A stretch of 63,827 nucleotides of DNA, the filler included, from Kipferlia bialata (lineage: Eukaryota): assembly GCA_003568945.1 (NCBI GenBank). It is 4 parts of 4 records of this genome, joined end to end, with 100 filler letters (N's around TTAATTAATTAA, not from the genome) between each part and the next. Parts side by side here need not be neighbours in the genome. Positions count along the whole stretch, not along the records: positions 45,146 to 61,244 come from BDIP01000192.1; positions 61,345 to 63,827 come from BDIP01000325.1; 2 more parts are not named here. One strand, given 5' to 3'. Each line of letters starts with the position of its first letter. The first letter of the stretch is position 1. Made by a program: the position numbers and the translations under genes. Shown here piece by piece: positions 53,401 to 63,827 of the stretch. A model generated the notes under the pieces. That model made no database searches. It saw nothing but the letters and a program-made list of their open reading frames with translations, and had not been told where the DNA came from.

Positions 53401-54777
53401 ACCGGGTCGGGCCACAGGGAAGATCGGACTGATAGACGGAGCCGTTCTGGAGGAGATTCGGGTTCGGATGGTGAGGGTGAGTCTCCTGGCATCGACAGGA
53501 CCCCTGACAGCCACGGCTCCAGGCCTGCCTCCCCCACACCTGGAGCAGGGCTCGAGGGCAGTGTCGAGGTCAGCGAGGTGTCCGACCAGGTGCCAGTACC
53601 CACACACAGAGACAGAGACAGAGACAGAGACAGCAGGGACGGGGGGGCGCAGTACAGTGATGGGTATTCCGGATCCGAAGAGACTGAACAGAGGGCCCAG
53701 GAGGGTCATCTTGGTGTTGATGCTGATGCCCAGGCCATGGGTCGCTCTGCCGGGGGTATGTCCCCCAGGTCTCAGTCCTCTTCCCCTTCCTCGGAGCGTC
53801 TCTTCCACCGGTGTCGGGAGGGAGAGGAGAGTGGGGAGGAGAGTGGAGAGAGGGAGCCGTCTGGGGCATCGGGAGAACCGGACTACATTGGTGAGTATGG
53901 GTATGGTAGAGACACCGAGTATACCGACCCATACCCCATACCCTCAGGGTATGCCTCAGTGTCGGAGAGGGAGAGGGAGGGGGAGGGGTCAGGCTCTGGG
54001 TCAGAGGCCGAGGTCCCTATGGCCATGGCAGCCCAGACCCCTCGGCCCAGTACATACACAGTGAGGGATGGACCAGGTGCCAAGGGGAGGGAGGGCTCTC
54101 GTAGCGCTGTCTCCGTGTCTGTGGATCGGACCCACACCCCTCCTGAGTCGCAGCACTCTTCTACAGAGGAAGGGTCAGGGAGGTCGGATAGCATGGGTGA
54201 GGACTACTCCCAGGACAGGGATAGGGCTAGGGGCATTGATGGGCAGAGGGGTCGCGGCCATGGTAGGGAGTCCCAGTCTCCTGATGCTGATGCTGGTACT
54301 GGTAGGGATAGACATCACCAGCGTCGCCGCCGTGGCCCTGTGAGCCGTAGGGATAGGGATAGGGATAGGCATGATCACCGGCACAGGAGGCATGGGACTG
54401 AGTATGTGCTGGAGGACGTGGGTGGAACAGGCCCTGCCTCCACTAGACACCACACACAACATGGTGGCAGGGATGGGCTACCTACCCACACCCCCCACTC
54501 TCACGGCACATACTCGGACGTGTCTTCGGATGAGTCCTTGTCGCTTGGCATCAGTGACCTCCGGTCCCCCCTCCTTGTGTCCCGCAGGGTCCTTGCCTCG
54601 AGGTCCAGGGTACAGGCCGAGTCCTGGGTGGACCCTCTCTCCATATCGGACGAGAGTGACAGTGATGATATTCTCTTTGACTTCTGTGTGCGTCAGAACT
54701 CACTGACCGTACGGTCCCCCCAGGAGAGAGTGGCCAGGATGAGGGCTCTGATGCGAAGCCGCTACAACATCGACTGA
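47497..54777 (+). CDS. 7-exon hypothetical protein of 2114 aa: globular N-terminus, Leu/Ala-rich helical (ARM-like) middle, disordered Ser/Gly/Glu/Arg C-terminus
   Basis: Exons 47497-47946, 48251-48324, 48432-48740, 48839-49444, 49607-52098, 52222-52263 and 52406-54777 splice in frame (6345 nt = 2115 codons). Confidence 0.8.
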
Positions 54778-55583
54778 TTGCCGATGGCCTCGATGTATTA
54801 GATCATCGTCCACCTGGGTCGTCAATCATACTCTGATGGAGTTCATTACGTCTGGGCTGCATCTGGGCTGTCCTAGCTTTACCTGGTTTTGGTTATGGAG
54901 GGTTCTATGGGCAGTACTGGTGTACACTTCGCAGCACGTGGCACTGACCCGGCACATCGTGAGGTTCCAAACCTTGCACCTTAGGATTCTTTCTTCCTAA
55001 AGATTGGTGTCTGGTGGCTGCTGGTTACAGTTGGTTAATGTTGTACGATTATTTTCTATTCTTGTCCTGTTGGGTTCCCTTGATGATATAAGTATAGTGT
55101 CACATTGGAGAACTGATGACAATGTATTAATAAACACTCATGATCTCTGTGGGACAGTGGTTTTGAAAAACCAACGCCCTGTCGAATTCCTCTGCGTAGT
55201 GCGAGGGACAACTTACCAATTCCTACCCAACTCCTTCACAGCAATGCAGGCAGTGCAGGCAATGCAAGACCTGAGTGCATTTCGGATCGTGTAGGATCGA
55301 CGAACACTGAAAAACGAGAATTGAAAAAATAGTTGGCACAAAGGGTCAAGAGCACAAATGAAAAGTCGCCTAGCCTGCTTACAGCCTTACCTGGGGTGAC
55401 AGAGAGGGCTAATCTCCTTCTTTGTGAGTAATCCTAAGAGCCCTTGCTTTACACTTGATTTGTGTGTCTTTCTTAACCGACTGGGCGGACATAGGGCTAG
55501 TTAGTGTCTTTTCCTCGTTCTTCAGGGCTTGCAGAACACCGCAAGGTCTGAAAGGTCCTGTCGGAGGCTAGTAGCCTTGGAAG

Positions 55584-57551
55584 ATGCAGACCTATAAGAT
55601 CCTGGAACAGATAGGTGTGTCTTATGATTTCTTCCATATTCCTCACTGATATTAGGTGACGGAGCCTATGGTTTGGTACTCAAGGGAATCCACCGGAAAG
55701 ACGGTCACAAGGTGGCTATCAAGCGTATGAAGGCCAAGATGCCTAACTGGGAAGGTAGGAGCTATGTATGTCAATTATCCTCTTGTCTCACTTATGGATT
55801 TCTTCTGTGAAGTGTTGTATCCTTACATTCAGAGTGTGTCCAGCTGTCTGAGGTCAAGAGCCTTATGGCCCTGAAGGCTCATCCTAATGTCATCAGGTTA
55901 GGATCCCTGGCATATTCTAGAAGTGTCTATATAGTGTCTTCTCCTCTCTCCTCTTATGCTCCTGTCGTTGCGTCTATATGGTTGATGACTCAGGGGTTAT
56001 ATATGTATATATATCTTACAGTGGAATCCATGATTGGTTCTGTTGTCTTCCATACCTCCCCCCTCCCCCCTGCCGTGATGTAGCTGTGTTGTTCCAATTT
56101 CCTTCCCTGACCTTAGGCTGTTGGAGGTTGTGCGTGATCATGACATCCTGAACCTGGTGTTTGAGTACATCGGGGGCGGCGACCTCTACCAGCTGGAGAT
56201 GGCCAAGAAGAGGAGCGGCGGGTTCAGCGTCGACGAGATCCGGAGTCTGTCGTGGCAGATCCTGCAGGCCCTGTCCTACACCCACAAGAACGGGTTCTTC
56301 CACAGGGACATCAAGCCGGAGAACATGCTGATTGCAGAGGGCGGGGTGCTGAAGCTAGGGGACTTTGGGCTGGCCCGGCAGATCCGGTCCCAGCCCCCCT
56401 ACACCGAGTATGTGTCCACCAGGTGGTACAGGGCCCCCGAGGTGCTGCTGCGGGCCAGGGACTACAACAGCCCTGTTGACGTGTGGGCAGTGGGCTGTCT
56501 GATAGCAGAGCTGGTCCTCCTGCGGCCCCTCTTCCCCGGCAAGTCCGAGGTGGACCAGCTGGTCCAGATCTGTGCCTCCCTGGGCCCCCCCTTCGAGACG
56601 TGGCAGGACGGGGCCAGGCTGGCGACTCGCATGCAGTTCCGGTTTCCGTCTGTGGTGTGTGTGCCGCTGTCCCACACGCTGTCTGGGTGTGACCCCGAGT
56701 GCCTGTCCCTGATCCAGTCTATGCTGAGGTGGGACCCCCAGAAGAGGCCCTCGGCCCAGGCCGCCCTGCGCCACCCATTCTTCATCCCCATGGCCCAGCA
56801 CAAGCACGCACAGCTGCACGGGCCGGGATACAACCAGCTGCCCTCCCACCAGCCGCCCCTGCCCCCCAGCCTCAACGGCAGGGAGAGCAAGGCAACGCGG
56901 GACAGGGAGAGAGAGGGCTCCCGGCCTGGGGGCAGCGTCAGCAGGGGCTACGAGTGGGACCGGGACGGGGACCACACCTCTCAGTCCCAGGACAAGGACT
57001 CCGAGGTGTCGCTGTCTGCTGCCAGGGCGGCACTAGCCAGGGCCAGAGGGGGCGGGGGGGAGCAGTACTCCGGCCCAGACTCTGAGCCGGGCCCCATCTG
57101 CCGGTCCGGCTCCTCCTCCCGCCCTGCCTCCCAGACCCAGCAGAGACAGGGCAGGCCGGGGTCAGGCCAGGACTACCGCGCCAAGGCCGAGGAAGGACTG
57201 GGTCTGGGCAGGGGGGACTATGAGTATGAGTACGGGCAGAGGCACATGGCTGGCAAGGCCCCGTCCTCGAGGGGCCACCAGTACATGGGAGGCATGGGGG
57301 ACATGGCGGAGGAGTACGGGGTCGGGGGGGTAGGAGGGTACTCAGACCCCCTGGACCGTGACCACGCCCCAGGGGCCGTGGGTACCCATACTCACGGTGT
57401 GGGGAGGGGGTCCGGTCTCGGGAGTGTGCAGTACGGCCAAGGCAGCAGGGGGTCCCGTGGGGCAGTGTCCCTGTCGGCTGACCTTGGCTCCATGGATTTT
57501 GACGATAACCAGTTGCTGGACTCTCTCTACGACGGAGACCTCGGCTTCTAG
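55584..57551 (+). CDS. MAK: CMGC RCK-family (MAK/ICK/MOK-like) Ser/Thr kinase, 542 aa, 4 exons
   Basis: Exons 55584-55614, 55656-55754, 55833-55896, 56117-57551 (1629 nt). Motifs GDGAYG, VAIKRMK, HPNVIRL, HRDIKPEN and DFGLARQIRSQPPYTEYVSTRWYRAPE (MAK-type activation loop). Confidence 0.93.
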
Positions 57552-58180
57552 AGCCCCCACCTCCATCCTCCAAGGTAGTGGAGAGTGTCCAGAGAGGAGG
57601 GGGTGGCGGTACAGTGGTGTTTCATAGTGTGTTTCTGGTAATTGGGTATGAAGCCCATATTAATGTGTGTCTATTCTCTCATCCCATACTCATGTCGATA
57701 TCAATGTCATACCTCTTGGGGTGAGGTCGTTATATGTTATATGTTATATGTTTGTTATGTGTCAAGGTGTATCCGCATCAATATAGTAGAGAGTGTGAAT
57801 AGAACAGCCTTTACTGTATGAGAGTGACACACTCCTGTCGCTGACTGTTCTCTGGAGGTCTTCGGATGCAGTAGAGTTGGACATGTAACACCATAAAGAT
57901 CACGTTCCAAGAGCACAAGGGAAAACTAACTAACTATTCTATTCTGAGGGCACTAGCTCTCAACTATCAATACACGTTACAAAACTACAATAAACAACAC
58001 AGGGGGTATGTCCATGGCTGTCAGACTCAGCAGACGGCATACACAACAGGACACGGGGATACGACACACGGACACATGACACGGTCAAGATCGGGGGAGT
58101 CCCTGGAAACAGGCAGCAGGGCTCGAAGACAGGTGATTGCTACGGGAGTAGGAGTTCACACAAAGAGAGGCACGTCGCAT

Positions 58181-58936
58181 CTAGTAGAAGGACTCTTCCT
58201 GGAAGGGGTCTAAGAAGCGAGAGGCCTGGCTCCCGAGGCCCATCATGTCAAACTGGGTGCAGGGGGAGAGGGGGACGGTGGGGCAGAGGGGGGGGAGGGA
58301 GCTAGACCCAAATGTGGGAGTCGTAGTGCGTGAGTACATGGGGGAGTACACCGAGCTGGGGATATCCATGCCGAGGGGCCGGGCCAGGGCGGCAGGGGTC
58401 CCCACACTCATGGCCGAATCCGTCTCGGGCATGGGGGCCAGGGGAGGGCAGGCGCAGAAGGGGGACTGGTTGAAGGTGTACTGGGTCTCAGTACCTGCGG
58501 AAGGGGAGTTGCTGCGGGAGGCACAGCAGGCCTCGAGGGTGAAGGTGGTCCTGTCGAGGGCGATCTCGGTCACGGCTGGGTTCCGGTCAACGTCATCACA
58601 CACAGCTCTGAGCATCGAGACCATGCGGGAGGCCTCGCCGGTAGTAAAGCCAAACTGACACAAGGACTCCTCGTCGAGGGCGGGAAGCACAGAGGGGTGG
58701 ATGCCAAGCTGGTACACCATCAAGGACGCAAGAGCATCCGTGAAATGAAATGCGAGCCACGAGTACAAGGACTCTTGGCTCAGACGCTCCCAAGGGGACA
58801 CAAAGCATAGAGAAGGGTCAGAAGAAGCCATATCCCGCCTCTGGCTGTCCAAGGAGGTTGGCTTGGCTTTCTGGAAGGCAAAAAGGTCGGACTCGGCGAA
58901 GGAGGTGTCAATAAGCAATGAAGAAGCAGAGGACAT
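58181..58936 (-). CDS. Intronless SAM (sterile alpha motif) domain protein, 251 aa
   Basis: WERLSQESLYSWL...LGIHPSVLPALDEESLCQFGFTTGEASRMVSML fits the SAM pattern W..E.V..WL / I.G..L..L.EEDL..LG...G. Ser/Pro-rich tail. Confidence 0.75.
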   Translation of the reverse strand: MSSASSLLIDTSFAESDLFAFQKAKPTSLDSQRRDMASSDPSLCFVSPWERLSQESLYSWLAFHFTDALASLMVYQLGIHPSVLPALDEESLCQFGFTTGEASRMVSMLRAVCDDVDRNPAVTEIALDRTTFTLEACCASRSNSPSAGTETQYTFNQSPFCACPPLAPMPETDSAMSVGTPAALARPLGMDIPSSVYSPMYSRTTTPTFGSSSLPPLCPTVPLSPCTQFDMMGLGSQASRFLDPFQEESFY

Positions 58937-59466
58937 CGGAGGTGTGGCTGGTATGGGCGCTGGAACTCAAAGGAAAAGAAGATGTGCTTCTTAAGCTGTC
59001 AGAACAGGTGCTTAAGAGCAGCCGCTTGAGAACTGCGAGGTAACAGAAACCGACGTTGGCTTGGAAACTGTTGAGATTGTGTGTTCAGAAAGGGTTCGGA
59101 AACCTCTGAATAAGCTGAACTCAAACAGCCAAGGCCTGAAGCTGTGACTCTCTCCTGTCTTCTCCTTCCGGTAACTTGCAAACCAAAGGCCTATATCATT
59201 ATCCTCTAGCGTACTCCGGATATCATTGCTAAATACCATGAATATAGGTGTGGAGTGTGTCCCAAAGACAAATTGCGAATCTGTAGATAGGTGAAATACA
59301 AATGTGTCAATGTGTCCATCTCCAGCTGAAGTGTTCGGATACCAAGGAAGGACACCGCTGATGGAGGATTGGCCAATACGTCTATTGCTGTTCGACTGAC
59401 GCACAACTAATGTAGAAATGCACATATATATATATGGCTAGTATTGAGTCATACTTGACATGACCC

Positions 59467-60347
59467 TCAGTCACTGTCGGAGTCTTCAGCCCCAAACACA
59501 TTCCCCCCTCTCTTACGCTTGGTATCACCCACGGATAGCTTCATCTCAGGGGCCTAGGTGTCAGTGTAGGTAGGGGTCAGTATGCAGAGAAGGGGACAAG
59601 AGAGTAGCACCCGAAATCACACACAGGCGTAGTGAGTTGTGCTCATAGGTAGAATCATGAATAGAATGCAATGTCATTATCTCAATATAGAGGTGAAGAG
59701 AAGCAAACACTCTCTCAGATATCAATCAGCCTCCTGATCACCTCAGTATGTATAGCCAATCACACTATTGATGGGTACATGTACATACAGACCATCCATC
59801 CACAGATGTCTGCCCCCCACTATACCTGCGACAGTGCCACCAGAGCAGCTGCAGATATCTGCACGGCCTCGCCCTTCCCGTTCTCAATCTGCCTCCGGAG
59901 GTTGGCCCTCAGCACGGCCTCCGAGGACTCTGCCTGGTTGGCGGCCCTCTCCCTCTCCATGCGCTGCAGGGTCACGTCCTGGTTGTCGTGGTATGTGACC
60001 CACCACATGTCGTTCACAAACTCGGCCTGCACCACACCCAGCTTGGACAGGTAGTGGGTGAAGCCGGTCAGGGACGTCCACTTGGTGGCGTTCATGTGCA
60101 CGTGGTCCTTGTCCTTGATGTACTCGTTGTACACCTGCAGGGTCAGACACAGAAAGGGGTGTGTGTGGATTATTACACATATTACCCTTTCAGGTTCCAC
60201 AGAGGCAGACACATACTTCACACCAACGCTCTACCCCATACATATACAATAGATACCTGGTTCATAAGGACACGCTTCTTGTAGTATCTGGTGCTGAGTA
60301 GAGCAATCAGACCCTCCTCAAAGATACGACTGTACTCGGCAATCAAC
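59467..60347 (-). CDS. KIN: KIN17 homolog (winged-helix region plus a short C-terminus); N-terminal zinc finger not found
   Basis: LIAEYSRIFEEGLIALLSTRYYKKRVLMNQ|VYNEYIKDKDHVHMNATKWTSLTGFTHYL is the KIN17 HMNAT.W.TLT signature. The last exon is APEMKLSVGDTKRKRGGNVFGAEDSDSD* (TGA 59469-59467). Confidence 0.88.
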
Positions 60348-60368
60348 CTGGGGTCACAAGGGGAGGAG

Positions 60369-60409
<41 letters not shown>

Positions 60410-60781
60410 TGCACATTCGTGTGATGAGGGAGTGAGAGCGGCAGCATGGAGTGGGGGGGGAGACAAAGAGAGAGAGTGTATGGTGGGAGGAGAGAGTGTA
60501 TGATGCTGTAAATGTGACGCCCAATAGTATAGAGTCTGGGGGAGCGATTCACACACGTAGACCCGCTTTGATACACGTTAAATATGTCAATAAACTCTAC
60601 CTACTGTTACCTGGGCTCTGTTCTAGATAGACCTTGTATCAAGGTCTGTTCAAGGCTTGGACCGATAGAGACAGTTGTGTGGGTAAGGACATGACAAATA
60701 CAGTTGCACAAAAGGGTTCTTCTTTCACTAACTGTTCAATTACAAGTCTCCCTCTCTCCCTCTTCTCTCAATACACTGCCC

Positions 60782-60898
60782 ATGCCATCTGTTAACGATG
60801 TCCCCGCCGACTTCGGTGTAGTCTGTGTCAAGCAGGGCAGGAAGCGCAACACAGAGCGTGTGCTTCGTGTGACGAACTCAGAAGTACAACACGTCAAG
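60782..60898 (+). CDS. Probable first exon of a gene truncated by the gap at 61245
   Basis: MPSVNDVPADFGVVCVKQGRKRNTERVLRVTNSEVQHVK followed by the donor AAG|gtataa. Confidence 0.4.
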
Positions 60899-61243
60899 GT
60901 ATAACACACTATTTCTACACAGTGCAGTGCGTAGACCCCTGCATAAGGAAGAAAACCATATGGTATACCCAGTCTATAGTGTATTTATACCCTAACGCGT
61001 GTTATACTGTAACACGTGCACTGGATAGTGAGAGACATGGGTTCCAAATTGGAACTTCCAATCCCTACACGCTTTCTACACGCTTTGAATAACTGAGTCC
61101 TATGACTATATATCTATCTATATATGCATAGAAGGCAAATTAGAGTATCCTCGGGATGTATTTCCTATCTCAAGAAGCTCACAGAGTCTGTTTGACGCAC
61201 CCCCCCCCCCCCCCCCCCCCCCCCCCACCCCACCCCACCCCAC

Positions 61244-61344
61244 ANNNNNNNNNNNNNNNNNNNNNNNNNNNNNNNNNNNNNNNNNNNNTTAATTAATTAA
61301 NNNNNNNNNNNNNNNNNNNNNNNNNNNNNNNNNNNNNNNNNNNN
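61244..61344. other. Artificial contig linker (TTAATTAATTAA at 61289-61300 in an N-run)
   Basis: Same linker as above, preceded by a poly-C contig end. Confidence 0.95.
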
Positions 61345-61689
61345 GGCAGCACACCTGCAGCAGCTCACAGCCACCCGGGTTATGCACCACAATGCGCATC
61401 GGGTGCGAAGGAGAAGAGACTTGAGGGTTGTATTGGATATGATTCGGAGTGAAAAACTACTCGAAACGCATTCATTGGGCCAATGAATGATCACCATAGA
61501 TCTATCAGTCACACTGGGTTACTATATTTTAATATCTACGAATGCTTCCTGTCAGCTGAAATGTCCAGCGGTGTAACTTATGTTCCCCTCCACATACCGA
61601 GTGAATGTATTACCATCTATTGAACTCTTGGTATTACTGAACCGTACTCAGTATCTCAGTGTTACACATGCATTGGCGTATCTCGCTAC

Positions 61690-62607
61690 TCACACGGACT
61701 TGGCTGGGGGCAGGCCGGCCTCCTCCTCCTCCTCCTCCTCTGACCTGGACCAGACCTTGAGCACACACACCACAACGACAAAGGCCTCGGTCACCAGAGC
61801 CACCAGTCCCATGGACTCCTTGATGGAGTCAATGTCCCACTCAACGCCAGCCCCGTCGTACACAGGGCCAGAGTCCTTGTGGAAGGCAGCCTGGACGAAG
61901 GCAGAGAGGGCAAGGCAGCCGTACATGCCTGCGGCCTGGTACCAGGGGGCCTTGGTGCCCTTGGCGGTGTTGATGTGCTCGGGCTTGGCAACAAAGAGAT
62001 ACACGGACAGTAGCTGGAAGATGGTGTAGACGCATAAGAACCACCCCAGGAAGTTGGAGACAGGCACGCCGAAGTAGGCCCCGCCCTCCTCCCAGACCCA
62101 GATGCCCTGGACGGTGGCCGTGACGGGGTCCATAACCATATCCCAGATCACCATGATGAAGGAAGCCACGAAAGGAATGGCAAACTTGGTGCGACGGTCG
62201 AGGCCAGTGGAGGTCTTGTTGAGGAGGACGTGGGCCAGCAGCCAGCTCTGGTAGCACACTGTGAAGTAGGCGGGCATGATGGCGAGAGGGACAGCGCCGA
62301 GCTTGGGTCCGAGCTGGTCGGAGTAGTAGTAGTTACCGAAGGGGAACCCGGTGGCAATGCTGAGGCTCTCATAGCACCAGCTAACCACAAAGCTGATAAG
62401 GAAGAACACCAGCATGGTCTTGCCGCCGTACTGGCGGAGCCCGTGGGGGACAACGAAGCATATGAGGAAGAGGACGGCCAGGACCATCTTGATGCCTTGG
62501 GCGGCATCAGAGATCTTGTCCATGTCAATGGAGCCGGTGGTGGCAGTGAACACCGCATAGAATCCCACCACACACCAGATAACAACGTTCAATGTCGAAT
62601 TCTCCAT
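61690..62607 (-). CDS. Intronless CruF/DUF422 'carotenoid biosynthesis' family integral membrane protein, 305 aa
   Basis: Multiple hydrophobic helices and the motifs E.LSIATGFPFGNYYYSDQLGPKLGAVPLAI, WDMVMDP and WVWEEGGAYFGVPVSNFLGWF, which are typical of the prokaryotic carotenoid 1,2-hydratase (CruF) family. Confidence 0.85.
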   Translation of the reverse strand: MENSTLNVVIWCVVGFYAVFTATTGSIDMDKISDAAQGIKMVLAVLFLICFVVPHGLRQYGGKTMLVFFLISFVVSWCYESLSIATGFPFGNYYYSDQLGPKLGAVPLAIMPAYFTVCYQSWLLAHVLLNKTSTGLDRRTKFAIPFVASFIMVIWDMVMDPVTATVQGIWVWEEGGAYFGVPVSNFLGWFLCVYTIFQLLSVYLFVAKPEHINTAKGTKAPWYQAAGMYGCLALSAFVQAAFHKDSGPVYDGAGVEWDIDSIKESMGLVALVTEAFVVVVCVLKVWSRSEEEEEEEAGLPPAKSV

Positions 62608-63667
62608 CTTGAAGAGACGCACATCGGTCTATACCTCGGTCATTATACAGAATCAGATCATAATCAAAATCAATAGCAATTGATTCTAGGACTCAATCCA
62701 ATCTAGCTAGCTGCTACCACGGAAGGAAGCCTCATTATTCACAATGGAGTGATTCCGAGAGCTTTGTCATACAAAGAAGAGAGGCAGACGTGAGCAGTGC
62801 GGAGTGCCAAAATGAGTCTCAGGCAGTAGGTTTTTGCCTCTGCTTCTTGACCCCTTGAGAGTTTTCAGCCTGTACAGTTCAGGCTGAAAGGCACCGCAAT
62901 CAACCCCACACAGCGGCACCCGTTGCTTTGCCTCCGGGGCAGTTAACACGCATGAGCCTACAGCCCCCTGGGTTGAGCACCACAATGTCCCTGGGGTGAA
63001 AGAGAGAGCACTGACAAGAGAGAGGAGCACTCCTGACATAGCTACTCGATTCTCCAATTGACTGTCGGTCATACTAACCCTGCGATGAAGGCCACAGTGT
63101 CAGACACTACTCAGAAAACTAGTCAGGACAATACACCTGAGGAGATCATTTCGCTGAGGTTATATGTAGTGGTCGTGGTTCATAGCTAGGTTGAGTGACG
63201 TGCCCACTTGAGACAGACCTAGACTCTCTATTAGTGTCAGACTCTAGACAGGCAGTCCTACATTCATGCCTCACCATTTACTCTGTCATACACTGTCTCC
63301 CAATGGCAGTTCAATGGAACGCCCGGGCAATGTTCTTGTCATATGTCCACCTTGGACTCCCGTGCCTCGGGTAATCGCCAAGATACAATAATAGTACACA
63401 CTTCTTAAATTAAAGTATACGCAGAGTGCACAGCACACTACACCGAGAAATAACAGACAAAGTACCAATCAACAACAGGATCAGAGTGAAATAATCATTT
63501 ATAATGTTGATACAATGCCGCACACACAGTAGGTCCACATGTGCAGGCCTAATGCCCACAACCACACAGGTGGGGAATACACACTCCTCATACACTGTCC
63601 GACAGGACTATCCATCCATAGATGTTATCCTGCCTTCACTGTCCCACTACTAGGACCTATGGCAGAC

Positions 63668-63730
63668 TTAGAGGGTGTTAGCAGGGAGCTTGGTGAGGGT
63701 GTACACGTGGAACACATCGGAGGAGTCCTC
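63668..63730 (-). CDS. Last exon of a gene entering from the right of the window
   Basis: ctcaccctcag|GAGGAC... gives EDSSDVFHVYTLTKLPANTL* (TAA 63670-63668). Confidence 0.45.
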   Translation of the reverse strand, partial: EDSSDVFHVYTLTKLPANTL

Positions 63731-63827
63731 CTGAGGGTGAGGGACAGATGAACATCAGGTATCGGATATATAGGCAGGGTGAGGGGAGGGGGGGGCAAAG
63801 GGAAGACATGGAGGAGTTAGAAAACGT

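Noticed and set aside
663..57551. Apparent cluster of cilia/centriole genes (CFAP43, dynein-like, CEP295-like, MAK)
   Set aside because: The genes lie on different concatenated contigs, and such genes are abundant in flagellates, so synteny is not meaningful.
49697..57573. Many long antisense or alternative-frame ORFs (e.g. 50564-51415, 52421-53302, 56355-56975)
   Set aside because: They are shadows of GC-rich coding exons on the opposite strand.
62760..63600. Short ORFs and TA-rich, possibly decayed sequence
   Set aside because: No recognisable motifs, splice structure or repeat termini.
1..63827. Genome-wide TAR=Gln genetic code
   Set aside because: CFAP43, the MIB/HERC2 gene, the kinase and the SAM gene end at TAG in the expected places, and long ORFs contain no in-frame TAR.
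1..63827. tRNA, rRNA or intact transposase/reverse transcriptase genes
   Set aside because: None were recognised by eye. tRNAscan-SE, Infernal and RepeatMasker would be needed to exclude them formally.

Overview
Intron-rich eukaryotic DNA in the standard genetic code. It has many short GT-AG introns with the branch point fused to the 3' splice site (CT[G/C/A/T]AC-CCCAG), (CT)n/(AT)n microsatellites and poly-G/C tracts. This architecture plus the flagellar gene content suggests a free-living metamonad such as Kipferlia bialata (inference). The window is a concatenation of contigs: TTAATTAATTAA linkers sit in N-gaps at 18701, 45090 and 61289, and there are probable mis-joins at poly-G tracts. 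Genes reconstructed by hand-splicing: CFAP43 3' half (-); a type-I membrane protein 3' part (+); two decayed genes at 7.4-10.4 kb; a protein with at least 10 tandem MIB/HERC2 domains (-); a MyTH4/FERM protein (+); a large, highly degenerate dynein-heavy-chain-like gene lacking AAA1 Walker motifs (+); a short CEP295/Ana1-N-like coiled-coil protein (-); a 2114-aa hypothetical protein (+); a MAK/ICK kinase (+); a SAM protein (-); KIN17 (-); and an intronless prokaryote-type CruF/DUF422 membrane protein (-). The most striking structure is pervasive splice-junction 'stutter'. Introns contain diverged tandem copies of their own exon-end+donor and acceptor+exon-start, nested D1..D2..D3..A1..A2..A3, and only the outermost pair gives an open frame. 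One such intron apparently ends in a non-canonical CAT. All family assignments come from motif recognition from memory; no searches were run.
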